Below are positions 55,664 through 64,000 of a DNA stretch of 64,000 bases, piece by piece. A program made the translations under genes and the position numbers. How positions within the stretch are numbered: the first letter of the stretch is position 1; every line of letters begins with the position of its first letter. Under the pieces are notes generated by a model. That model was given only the letters and a program-made list of their open reading frames with translations, made no database searches and was not told the origin of the DNA. The stretch is from Desulfobacteraceae bacterium UBA5616 (lineage in GTDB: Bacteria > Desulfobacterota > Desulfobacteria > Desulfobacterales > UBA5616), in assembly GCA_002423615.1 (NCBI GenBank), contig DIKO01000047.1:5947-69946 (forward strand), in the 5' to 3' direction.

Positions 55664-56707
55664 CTATGCCTCAAAATCCATATCTTTGAGACTTTGTATT
55701 TCATCAAGTTTCTTTTCGAGCTTTTCGATTCTTTTTTTCAGGTCCGGGAGCATGGGGAGCACCCGGTGGGTTCTAAGCCACTGTTTATGGGGCATGGCAG
55801 GGGTTCCCGACAGAACTTCGCCGGGGGTTATGGACTTGACGATGCCGGCCTGAGGGCCCACCACAGCATTGTCGCCGATTTCGATATGCCCGGAGATACC
55901 TGCCTGTCCTGCGAGTATCACATGCCTGCCGATGGTGACGCTGCCCGAAATACCTACCTGAGACACGATCAGGGTGTTTTCACCGACAACGACGTTGTGC
56001 CCGATCTGAATCAGGTTATCGGTCTTGACGCCGCTTTTGATCCATGTCCGGCCGTTTGTTGCCCGATCCACTGTGTTGCAGGCGCCGATTTCCACATCAT
56101 CATCGATCCGGACGATTCCGGTATGATGAATTTTAATGTAATTTTCACCTTCCGGCTCGAATCCAAAACCGTCGCTGCCGATGACCGTACCCGGATGAAT
56201 GATGACCCGATTGCCGATCTCACACCGCTCCAGGATGGTTACATTGGGAAAAATCTCCACATCATCCCCGATGACGGTGTTGTCTCCAATTACCACATGG
56301 GGATGAAGGGTCACCCGGTCCCCCACCTTGACGCCGTCTCCAACGCTGACAAAAGGGCCTATGGAAACATCTTCCCCATGAACAAAATTGGTTCCAATGT
56401 CGGCCTTTACACTGATCCCGGGTTTGGGTCTGGATCTCGGCAAAAACAATTCCGCTACACGGTTGAAGGCGATTCTGGGGTTTTTCACCAGGATCAGCGT
56501 GGTCTTCGCCTGCTCAACTCCCTCAGGAACCAGTATGGCCCCGGCATGCGTCTCTTCCAGCTGTTTCAGGTATTTGGCATTTCCGGCATAGGTGATTTGA
56601 TCGGCTGCGGCTGTTTCAAACCCCGCTGAACCCCGGATTACCCGATTTTCATCCCCAATGATACGTCCATTGACCATCCGGGCGATTCTGGAAATCAAGA
56701 ATTCCAT
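55664..56707 (-). CDS. lpxD: UDP-3-O-acylglucosamine N-acyltransferase
   Basis: About 347 aa from MEFLISRIARMVNGRIIGD, with extensive hexapeptide repeats. The ORF extension to 56782 would overlap skp. Confidence 0.92.
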   Translation of the reverse strand: MEFLISRIARMVNGRIIGDENRVIRGSAGFETAAADQITYAGNAKYLKQLEETHAGAILVPEGVEQAKTTLILVKNPRIAFNRVAELFLPRSRPKPGISVKADIGTNFVHGEDVSIGPFVSVGDGVKVGDRVTLHPHVVIGDNTVIGDDVEIFPNVTILERCEIGNRVIIHPGTVIGSDGFGFEPEGENYIKIHHTGIVRIDDDVEIGACNTVDRATNGRTWIKSGVKTDNLIQIGHNVVVGENTLIVSQVGISGSVTIGRHVILAGQAGISGHIEIGDNAVVGPQAGIVKSITPGEVLSGTPAMPHKQWLRTHRVLPMLPDLKKRIEKLEKKLDEIQSLKDMDFEA

Positions 56708-56717
56708 TTCACTCAGC

Positions 56718-57257
56718 CTATTTGGATTTTTCCCTGGAATATTTTGTATTGTACAACCCGGTGACCTTTTCCGTAATGTCAATGGAGTCGGGAGAGAACA
56801 TCACGCCGGCTTCTCTTTTTTCAATAACGAGGGTGTAACCTTCCTTTTTCCCCAGATCCTGAACCAGTTCCAGCACATCCTTTTGTATCTGCCCGACGAG
56901 CCGCATGTTCAGCTCACCCAGTTCCTTTTCATATTTACCTTTCACGACCTTGATATCACCCAGCTTGATCCTGAAATCCCTCTCTTTTTCATCACGTTTT
57001 TCAGGACTCATGGCCAGCCCTTTTCGCTCCAGTTCTTCCTTCAGGTCTGTGATTTCTTTTTCCTTTCTCTGCAGATCGGCCATCAGTTCCTCGCCCTTTT
57101 TGTTGATTTCCGCCTGTGCCTCTTTTCCATAATTCGATAAAGATACCACCCTCTGGATGTCGACCACGGCGATTTTGGCCGTGTCGGCTGCAAAAGCGGA
57201 AAATCCGAAAACACATACTATCATGGCCGAAAAAAGAATTATTCCTTTAATCTTCAT
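56718..57257 (-). CDS. skp: periplasmic chaperone Skp (OmpH family)
   Basis: 179 aa with a signal peptide followed by long charged coiled-coil arms. Sits between bamA and lpxD. Confidence 0.85.
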   Translation of the reverse strand: MKIKGIILFSAMIVCVFGFSAFAADTAKIAVVDIQRVVSLSNYGKEAQAEINKKGEELMADLQRKEKEITDLKEELERKGLAMSPEKRDEKERDFRIKLGDIKVVKGKYEKELGELNMRLVGQIQKDVLELVQDLGKKEGYTLVIEKREAGVMFSPDSIDITEKVTGLYNTKYSREKSK

Positions 57258-57301
57258 ATAAACTCCCTTTTTCCTGATTGAAATGTTTGCCTGTCAACCT
57301 G

Positions 57302-59935
57302 TTAGAACGCCTGGCCGACGGAAAATTCCCATCGCCCGGTACCATCATCCGTATCCTTTTTATCCAGAATGCGGCCGTATTCAATTCGCAACGGCCCCAT
57401 GGGAGAATACCACCGGAACCCGAACCCCGCGGTTTCACGCATGCCGCCAAGGTCGAAATTTTCACTGGCCTTATAAACGTTGCCGGTGTCGAAAAACAGC
57501 AGGCTGACGAATCCGGCATCCTTGAATATGGGCCAGATGAGTTCCACATTGAATTGAACGTATTTATCACCGCCGACTTCGTTCCCGTCCCTGTCAAAGG
57601 AACTTACATCCCGCCAGTCGAATCCCCTCAATGAATTTATGCCGCCCAGGTAGAATTTTTCATAGTCCGGTACTTTTTTATCCGAATTTTCCTGAATATA
57701 CCCCGTTTCCCCATGGGTGAAAAACACCAGATTTTTATAAAAGGGAAAATACCATCCGGTTTCCGCGGTATATTTGATATATCCGATATTGCCCCCGAGC
57801 CCGGCATATTCCGCCGTAATGCTGTGATTGCTGCCTTCCGTTGGATTAAACACCTTGTCCCGGGAATCGTAGCGCAGCGTGCTTGAAATCGTGCTGGTTG
57901 TGTTCCGCCCCTCCAGGTCCCAGATTTCATAGGAAGCGTCGTCATCAATATTTTCGATGTTGCTGATATCATACGAATAGGAAAGATAAACACGGGTAAA
58001 GTCGAATAAGGGATACCCGAACTGGACCCCTCCACCTGTGCTGTCCCGATCGTATTCATCATAATCCACGGCCCAGTTATACAGGTCAAAACCGGCGGAC
58101 AGGGGAATGTCCATCAGCCAGGGTTCCGTGAAGCTTAAGGAATATCGCGTCGTGGTACCGCCCACTTCCGCCTTTAATTGAAGTTGCTGGCCCTTGCCGA
58201 ACAGGTTGTTCTGGGCCAGTTGAACCATGGCAAAGACGTTTTCCGTACTGCTGTAACCGCCTCCGAAACTGAAAGAACCCGTGGGCTTTTCAACCACGGT
58301 GAGATTCAAATCCATTTTGTCCGGAGAACTACCCTTGACCGGGTCCACCTTGATGTCCGAAAAATAATCCAGGCGGTGCAGGTTCCGGACGCTCCTTTTC
58401 AACCTGCTTCCGCTGTACAATTCATTTTCATAAACGGTGAGTTCGCGGCGGATGATTTTATCCCGGGTTTTCGTGTTGCCGTTAATGTTGATTTTTTGAA
58501 AATACACCAGTTTGCCTTTGGCGATCTTATAGGTGATATCCACGGTTAACTGTTCCACATCCTGATCCAGCAGGGGAGCGATGTCGGGGTAGGCGTATCC
58601 CTCTTCGGAATAGAGATCGGTCAAGGCCGTGATGTCATCCTGAAGGACCTGACGGTTGAAAAATTCTTCTTTCCCGATTTTCAACTTACTCAAAAGCTCT
58701 TCACGGGTTTTGATGATATCTCCTGAAATATCCACCTTTCCGACTTTGAACCGCGGGCCCTCGAATATCTTGATGGTAACGAAAATCCGGTTGTCTTCAA
58801 AAACAACATCCGGATCAGCCACCCTGGCCTGGATATACCCGTTGTTCAGATAAAAAGCGTTGATCTTGGCCGAGTCCTGATTCAGATCCTCAGGAACATA
58901 CTCTCCCGAAGAGGTCAGCCAGGAAAAGAATCCCTTTTCCGAAGTCTTCATAATGGCCTTGAGCTCTTTATCCGAATAGGCGCTATTGCCTTCAAAACGG
59001 ATCTTTCTGATCTTCTGCTGTTCTCCTTCGTCGATGGTAAACTCGATATCCGCCTGGTTGTTTTGAAGTTCTATGAACTTATAGGTCACTTTGATATGAT
59101 GATAATTTTTTTCCTTGTACAGGGATTCAATAACCTTGACATTCTGCTGGACGCGGTTGATGTTGAGGATGGAACCTGTTGTAATCGTGAGGCTCTTGTT
59201 GATCTCGTCCTCTTTGATGGCCCTGTTTCCCTTGATGGTGATTTTTCTCACCGTTGACTTTTCCACAATATTGAAAATCACCCGTTTCCCCCGAGGTCGG
59301 TCTTCAGACTCCACCTTGACATCCTCAAAATATCCCATGGCGTAAACGGCTTTTAAATCTTCGGAAAGCTTTCCCTCTGAAAATACATCCCCCGGCGCGG
59401 TCTTGATAAATCTTTTAATAGCGTCCGTCTCAATCCGGTTATTTCCCCGAACGACCACCTCATCGACCCGGACCCGTTTAAACAGGGCCATGGCGATGTT
59501 TTCCGACAAATCCTTGACCTTTCCGAAAAGGCCTTCGATATTTTCTCCTTTTTGGGAAAACGAAGACGGTGGATCGGATCCGAAGGTTTTCAACAGACGG
59601 GCATCCAACCTGTATTTCTGCCCCAGCGAAGTCAGGCTCCCCCAGATCACATAATCCGTGCCGTACCGAATCCCTGCATTACGAATTTCTTCTAAAAAAT
59701 CAGGGCTTTCCATTAAAACGGACGGGATCTCCCCATCCAGGGGAATGATTTTGACGCCTTCGAATTTCAGATAATCTCCAATCATATCCGGAATTTTCGT
59801 CTTAAGGTCGGGACGCTTGTCAACGGCATGAATATCAAAAGGCAGGACCACGACGCTGACCGTATCGGCGCAAAAAATCATCTTCGGGGAAAAACACGCA
59901 ACCAATACCAAAGCCACGCTCAATTTTTTTATCAT
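57302..59935 (-). CDS. bamA: outer membrane protein assembly factor BamA
   Basis: About 877 aa from MIKKLSVALVLVACF, with five POTRA-like repeats followed by a beta-barrel ending in ...FSVGQAF (terminal aromatic). Confidence 0.93.
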   Translation of the reverse strand: MIKKLSVALVLVACFSPKMIFCADTVSVVVLPFDIHAVDKRPDLKTKIPDMIGDYLKFEGVKIIPLDGEIPSVLMESPDFLEEIRNAGIRYGTDYVIWGSLTSLGQKYRLDARLLKTFGSDPPSSFSQKGENIEGLFGKVKDLSENIAMALFKRVRVDEVVVRGNNRIETDAIKRFIKTAPGDVFSEGKLSEDLKAVYAMGYFEDVKVESEDRPRGKRVIFNIVEKSTVRKITIKGNRAIKEDEINKSLTITTGSILNINRVQQNVKVIESLYKEKNYHHIKVTYKFIELQNNQADIEFTIDEGEQQKIRKIRFEGNSAYSDKELKAIMKTSEKGFFSWLTSSGEYVPEDLNQDSAKINAFYLNNGYIQARVADPDVVFEDNRIFVTIKIFEGPRFKVGKVDISGDIIKTREELLSKLKIGKEEFFNRQVLQDDITALTDLYSEEGYAYPDIAPLLDQDVEQLTVDITYKIAKGKLVYFQKININGNTKTRDKIIRRELTVYENELYSGSRLKRSVRNLHRLDYFSDIKVDPVKGSSPDKMDLNLTVVEKPTGSFSFGGGYSSTENVFAMVQLAQNNLFGKGQQLQLKAEVGGTTTRYSLSFTEPWLMDIPLSAGFDLYNWAVDYDEYDRDSTGGGVQFGYPLFDFTRVYLSYSYDISNIENIDDDASYEIWDLEGRNTTSTISSTLRYDSRDKVFNPTEGSNHSITAEYAGLGGNIGYIKYTAETGWYFPFYKNLVFFTHGETGYIQENSDKKVPDYEKFYLGGINSLRGFDWRDVSSFDRDGNEVGGDKYVQFNVELIWPIFKDAGFVSLLFFDTGNVYKASENFDLGGMRETAGFGFRWYSPMGPLRIEYGRILDKKDTDDGTGRWEFSVGQAF

Positions 59936-59945
59936 TTGCCTTACC

Positions 59946-60674
59946 TCAACCCATTTCCACCAGTTTGCCATCAGAGATGGTCATTTTTCTTGCGGTATAA
60001 GATGCCAGCTCCAGGTTATGCGTCACGACCACCAGGGCCATGTTGAATTCTTCATTTAACGACAGGATCAGCTTGTGCAGCTTATCGCTGTTATGCTTAT
60101 CCAGATTTCCCGTGGGTTCATCGGCCAGAAGCACGGCGGGATTCAACACCAGGGCCCGGGCTATGGCCACCCGCTGTTGTTCGCCGCCGGACAGCTGGGT
60201 CACCCGGTGTTCAAGCCGGTCTTTCAACCCGACCCTGACCAGTATCTGTTCGGCAAGTTCTCCGGCCTCCCGGTTTTTCATACCCTTGATGAAAGCCGGC
60301 ATCATGACATTTTCCATGGCCGTAAAATCCGAAAGCAAATGGTGAAACTGGAAAACAAAGCCGATGGATTCATTTCTGAATTTTGCCAGCCTCCCGTTCT
60401 CAAATCCGAAGACATTCTGTCCCTTGAATAAAATGGCCCCTCCATCAGGACGATCAAGGGTCCCCAGAATGTGGAGGAAAGTCGATTTGCCGATTCCCGA
60501 TGCTCCCACAATGGAAACCGTATCCCGCCCCTGCAGATCAAAATCAAGCCCGTTCAAGATTTCAATCTTCTTTCCGCTGCTTTCATATCCTTTGGAGAGA
60601 TTACGAACCCTGATCAGAGGAACCCCTTCGGGCGAGGACTTCCGTGATGTGCTGTGCAAGGTTCCATCATCCAT
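59946..60674 (-). CDS. lolD: lipoprotein-releasing system ATP-binding protein LolD
   Basis: 242 aa ABC NBD (Walker A GASGIGKST, signature LSGGEQQRVAIARAL, Walker B LLADEPTGNLD). 8-nt overlap with the upstream lolC/E-like permease. Confidence 0.85.
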   Translation of the reverse strand: MDDGTLHSTSRKSSPEGVPLIRVRNLSKGYESSGKKIEILNGLDFDLQGRDTVSIVGASGIGKSTFLHILGTLDRPDGGAILFKGQNVFGFENGRLAKFRNESIGFVFQFHHLLSDFTAMENVMMPAFIKGMKNREAGELAEQILVRVGLKDRLEHRVTQLSGGEQQRVAIARALVLNPAVLLADEPTGNLDKHNSDKLHKLILSLNEEFNMALVVVTHNLELASYTARKMTISDGKLVEMG

Positions 60675-61911
60675 ATCGAAAAGCCTCTGCGGGATTTAAT
60701 TTTGACGCCTGATGGGCGGGATAAAGCGTTGCCACGTAACAAATAGCCATGGCGGCAAGGGCAATGAAGATCACATCCAGCATTTCGATCTGCACCGGCA
60801 GAGTCGTAATGTAATAGATCTCGCTGGGCAGCTCAATGAATTTGTACCGCTTCAGAATCGCACACAGGGAAAGCCCCAGGATTTCACCCAGAACCGTCCC
60901 GAACAGGCCGATAATCAATCCCTTATAGACAAATATCCTCCGGATATGCCGGTTGGTCGCGCCCATTGCCTTCAGGATGGCGATATCTTTGGTTTTTTCC
61001 ATAACCATCATGATCAGGGCCCCGGCAATGTTAAACGCCGCAACCAGGATGATAAGGGTCAGAATGATGAACATGACCGTTTTTTCAAGTTTAAGCGCTG
61101 AAAACAGGGTCTGGTTCATTTGGGTCCAATCCCTGGCCCAGTATGAATCTCCGAGTTTCTGGACGATCTGCCGGCCCAGTTCCTTTGCCCTGTAGATATC
61201 GTTCACATAGATTTCAATCCCGGTGACGGCACCTTCCATTCGCAGCATCTTCTGGGCTTCTTCCATTTGGATATAGACAAGAGAACCGTCATAATCGTAA
61301 ATACCGGATTCGAAAATACCCGCCACTTTGAATCTTTTCATGGCAGGCATATGTCCAATGGGGGAGACCATTCCGGTGGGCAGAATCAGGTACACAACCT
61401 CGCCCTGACCCACGCCAAGGGTATGGGCAAGCTCTTTCCCCAGAATAACGCCGGGGATGTTGTCAGCTCCCCCATTCGCCGGGTTTTCCGCCGACGGCCT
61501 GGCCATTCTTTCCAGCATGCCCTGATCCAGAATCTTAATGACCTGGCCTGCAGATTCAGAATCGATGCCTCTCAACATGGCTCCGGAAAGTCCCGTCTGA
61601 GACCGCAGCATGATCTGGGAATAAATAAAGGGCGTGGCGGATTCAACTCCCCGGATCTGTTTAATTTCATCAAGGGCATGGTGATAATCGGTGAAATCGC
61701 CGCCGTAACGCATCAGGACCACATGGGATTCAACGCCCAGGATCCGGGTCTTCATGTCGGATTCAAAGCCGGCCATAACGGCAATCACCACAATCAAAGC
61801 CATGACGCCGATGGCGACACCGGCAATGGAAAGCAGGGTAATAAGGGATATAAACGCCTGTTTCTGCCGGGATTTAAGATAGCGGCTGCTTATAAAAAAT
61901 TCAAATGACAT
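60667..61911 (-). CDS. lipoprotein-releasing system permease, LolC/LolE family (single copy)
   Basis: 414 aa with MacB/FtsX topology: TM1, a large periplasmic domain, then three C-terminal TM helices with KAMGATNRHIRRIF. Confidence 0.85.
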   Translation of the reverse strand: MSFEFFISSRYLKSRQKQAFISLITLLSIAGVAIGVMALIVVIAVMAGFESDMKTRILGVESHVVLMRYGGDFTDYHHALDEIKQIRGVESATPFIYSQIMLRSQTGLSGAMLRGIDSESAGQVIKILDQGMLERMARPSAENPANGGADNIPGVILGKELAHTLGVGQGEVVYLILPTGMVSPIGHMPAMKRFKVAGIFESGIYDYDGSLVYIQMEEAQKMLRMEGAVTGIEIYVNDIYRAKELGRQIVQKLGDSYWARDWTQMNQTLFSALKLEKTVMFIILTLIILVAAFNIAGALIMMVMEKTKDIAILKAMGATNRHIRRIFVYKGLIIGLFGTVLGEILGLSLCAILKRYKFIELPSEIYYITTLPVQIEMLDVIFIALAAMAICYVATLYPAHQASKLNPAEAFRYG

Positions 61912-61939
61912 TCAATCGTGATCTCTTATTGAGGCGTTA

Positions 61940-63427
61940 TTATTTTCCCCTGGGCTTCATGTGGGGAAACAGGATCACTTCCCGTATGGAAGGGGAATCC
62001 GTCAACAGCATGGCCAGGCGGTCTATCCCGATGCCCTCTCCGGCTGTGGGCGGCATGGCGTACTCCAGGGCTTCAATATAATCCTCATCCATGAAATGGG
62101 CTTCCTTGTCCCCGGCATCCCTGTCTTCAACCTGTTGGAGAAAACGGCCTTTCTGGTCCACCGGATCATTGAGTTCAGAGAATCCATTGGCGATTTCCCT
62201 GCCGGCGATGAACAGTTCGAATCTTTCCGTCATGGAGGGATCATCGTCGCTTCGCCGGGACAGGGGCGACACTTCGACGGGATACCCCGTGATGAATGTG
62301 GGTTGTATCAGATGGGGTTCCACCAGCAGGTCAAAAAGTTTGGTGATGATTTTCCCCAGCCTCCCGGTCTTTGTAATTTTAATCCCCTTCTCAGCGGCAA
62401 AATCGAGCAGTTTCGCTTTGTTGTCCAGGATTTGCGGCTCAATTCCGCCGATGGACTCGAGTGCCGCCAACAGATGGATACGCCGGAAGGGTTTTTCGAA
62501 ATCGATTTCGTTTCCCTGATAGGAAATGATCGGGGATCCGATAACGCTCCTTGCCACATCCCTGAACATCATCTCGGTCAAAACCATCAGGTCCTCGAAA
62601 TCGGCATATGCCTGGTAGAATTCAACCATGGTGAACTCTGGATTATGCTGGGTTGAGATGCCTTCATTCCGGAAATTCCGGTTGATTTCGAATACCCTTT
62701 CAAATCCCCCCACGACCAGTCGTTTTAAGTATAATTCCGGTGCGATGCGCAGATACAGGTCCATTCCCAGGGCATTATGGTGGGTGATAAAGGGCTCGGC
62801 TTCGGCCCCACCTGGAATGGGTTGCATCATCGGAGTTTCCACTTCCAGAAAATCACGGTCCAGGAGAAACTGACGAACGGCCTGGACGATTTTGCTCCTT
62901 TTGATAAAAATGTCTTTAACTTCCTGATTCATCATCAGGTCTATATAACGCTGCCGGTATCTTTTTTCAGGGTCCTTCAGTCCATGGAATTTCTCGGGAA
63001 GGGGCCTGGTCGATTTGCAGACCAATTGGATGTCATGGGCCAGTAGGGTCCACTCACCGGTTTTGGTGGTAAACATCACTCCGGTTAACCCGGCGAAATC
63101 GCCGATATCGAAAAGTTTGAACGCATCAAAGGCATCGGTGCCCACTTTGTCCTTCCTCACATAGGCCTGAAGCTGGCCGGTCCGGTCCGTAAGCCGGATA
63201 AAGGCGGCCTTGCCGAAGCTGTTGATGGCCATAATGCGTCCGGCAAACTTGAATAAAGGGGCCTCTTCGATTACTTTTTCCGGATCAGCCTCCACCGCAT
63301 TCCGGATTTCACGGATGGTATGGGAAACCCGGAACTTATTCGGGAACAGGTTGATATTTTTATCCCGCAGTTCGTCGATTTTCTTTCTGCGGTTTTCAAT
63401 TAACTCGCTTATTTTGCCGTTTTCCAT
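61940..63427 (-). CDS. lysS: lysine-tRNA ligase (class II)
   Basis: 495 aa with an N-terminal OB anticodon-binding domain and class II motifs (FLEVETPMM, FRNEGISTQHNPEFTMVEFY, GIGIDRLAMLL). Confidence 0.96.
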   Translation of the reverse strand: MENGKISELIENRRKKIDELRDKNINLFPNKFRVSHTIREIRNAVEADPEKVIEEAPLFKFAGRIMAINSFGKAAFIRLTDRTGQLQAYVRKDKVGTDAFDAFKLFDIGDFAGLTGVMFTTKTGEWTLLAHDIQLVCKSTRPLPEKFHGLKDPEKRYRQRYIDLMMNQEVKDIFIKRSKIVQAVRQFLLDRDFLEVETPMMQPIPGGAEAEPFITHHNALGMDLYLRIAPELYLKRLVVGGFERVFEINRNFRNEGISTQHNPEFTMVEFYQAYADFEDLMVLTEMMFRDVARSVIGSPIISYQGNEIDFEKPFRRIHLLAALESIGGIEPQILDNKAKLLDFAAEKGIKITKTGRLGKIITKLFDLLVEPHLIQPTFITGYPVEVSPLSRRSDDDPSMTERFELFIAGREIANGFSELNDPVDQKGRFLQQVEDRDAGDKEAHFMDEDYIEALEYAMPPTAGEGIGIDRLAMLLTDSPSIREVILFPHMKPRGK

Positions 63428-63559
63428 TCAGCCTTGCTCGCATTTCAGTATATAGCTGTTATTATACGCATTCTTCCAATACGGGGCAAAAGATCCTATT
63501 GTATTGATTCCTAAAGATAAATTTAGTTTGCTACCCTATTTGGGATTGGGTGTCAAGAC

Positions 63560-64000
63560 CTAGTTGGCGATAGACGGATCGACCCTTTTCAACTTAAAAC
63601 GCATGATCGTTCCTCTGTTCACCTCGCTTTCCACCTCGAGGATGCTGTTGCAGGAATCCAGGAGACTATGCACGATGGACAGCCCAAGGCCGGTTCCGCT
63701 GGGCTTGGTGGTAAAAAAAGGATCAAAAATCGATGGGATGATCTCTTTTTTAATACCGCTTCCGTTATCCATGATGGAAACCTCTACCGCGTTTGGCTTA
63801 ACAGGTGTTGAGGCTATTTTTATGGTCCCTTTTTTTTCAATGGCCTCAGATGCATTTAACAGCAAATTCAATGTAATCTGTCTCAAATGCAGGGGATCCA
63901 TCTCCACCCAGATGTCGCTTGCAATCTCCGTTTCAATCCCGATCCTCTTTTTCAGCGTGTGGTCTTTCTCGAACAGTTCAACGGTCTCTTTCAACGCCGT
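63560..64000 (-). CDS. sensor histidine kinase, C-terminal HATPase_c part (gene runs off the right edge)
   Basis: N box LLLNASEAI, G1 DNGSGI, F box FDPFFTTK and G2 GTGLGLSIV. The frame is open to the window end. Confidence 0.85.
   Translation of the reverse strand, partial: TALKETVELFEKDHTLKKRIGIETEIASDIWVEMDPLHLRQITLNLLLNASEAIEKKGTIKIASTPVKPNAVEVSIMDNGSGIKKEIIPSIFDPFFTTKPSGTGLGLSIVHSLLDSCNSILEVESEVNRGTIMRFKLKRVDPSIAN

Noticed and set aside
1-64000. Whole-window search for CRISPR arrays, IS elements/transposases, integrases other than xerC, toxin-antitoxin pairs, restriction-modification systems or known phage-defence genes.
   Set aside because: I saw no direct-repeat/spacer arrays, terminal inverted repeats, transposase-like ORFs or defence-type domains. 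The only recombinase is the housekeeping-type xerC in its conserved hslVU context.

Overview
64-kb chromosomal window from a diderm (Gram-negative) bacterium. Protein sequences and gene order look deltaproteobacterial/Desulfobacterota-like to me, but I cannot verify that without a search. The window is almost entirely coding and has three strand blocks. (i) 1-17.4 kb, mostly minus strand: argG(partial)-argF-argD-argB, hslU-hslV-xerC, a small Rho_N-like basic protein, an SPFH/NfeD pair, family-4 uracil-DNA glycosylase, coaBC, a lipoprotein/mini-TPR/ftsB/murJ group, rpsT (plus strand) and lptE-leuS. (ii) 17.6-28.5 kb, plus strand: RNase G/E-like gene, purB, yajC-secD-secF, dprA, topA and an orphan ADP-forming acyl-CoA synthetase alpha-type protein. 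(iii) 28.7-63.4 kb, mostly minus strand: one very long envelope block. It holds lipid A/core-modifying genes (GT2, methyltransferase, LpxL-like acyltransferase, WaaE-like GT2). Next comes a visibly AT-richer glycan island (GT2-like, FkbM methyltransferase, GT4, YrbL-family kinase-like protein, sulfotransferase, uncharacterised GT-B-like protein, DUF6165-like and DUF4197 proteins). Then follow two GT9 heptosyltransferases plus a KdkA-like Kdo kinase, the heptose operon gmhA-hldE-gmhB ending in a deoxyhypusine-synthase-like gene, and lpxK-lptG-lptF-msbA-DUF374-lpxB-lpxI-lpxA-fabZ-lpxD-skp-bamA-lolD-lolC/E-lysS. A partial sensor histidine kinase sits at the right edge. I found no rRNA, tRNA, CRISPR array, IS element or prophage. 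The items most worth a second look are: a DHS-like gene in the heptose operon slot where an ADP-heptose epimerase (hldD) might be expected; a sulfotransferase and a YrbL-family kinase-like protein inside the LPS core island; a seven-copy heptamer (UAG-N4) array that fills the whole hslU-argB spacer; a 510-bp gene-less AT-rich gap with a start-less open frame; and an orphan perfect -10 plus intrinsic-terminator module near 36.7 kb. All functional calls rest on motif and family recognition by eye from the supplied translations; no database search was possible.
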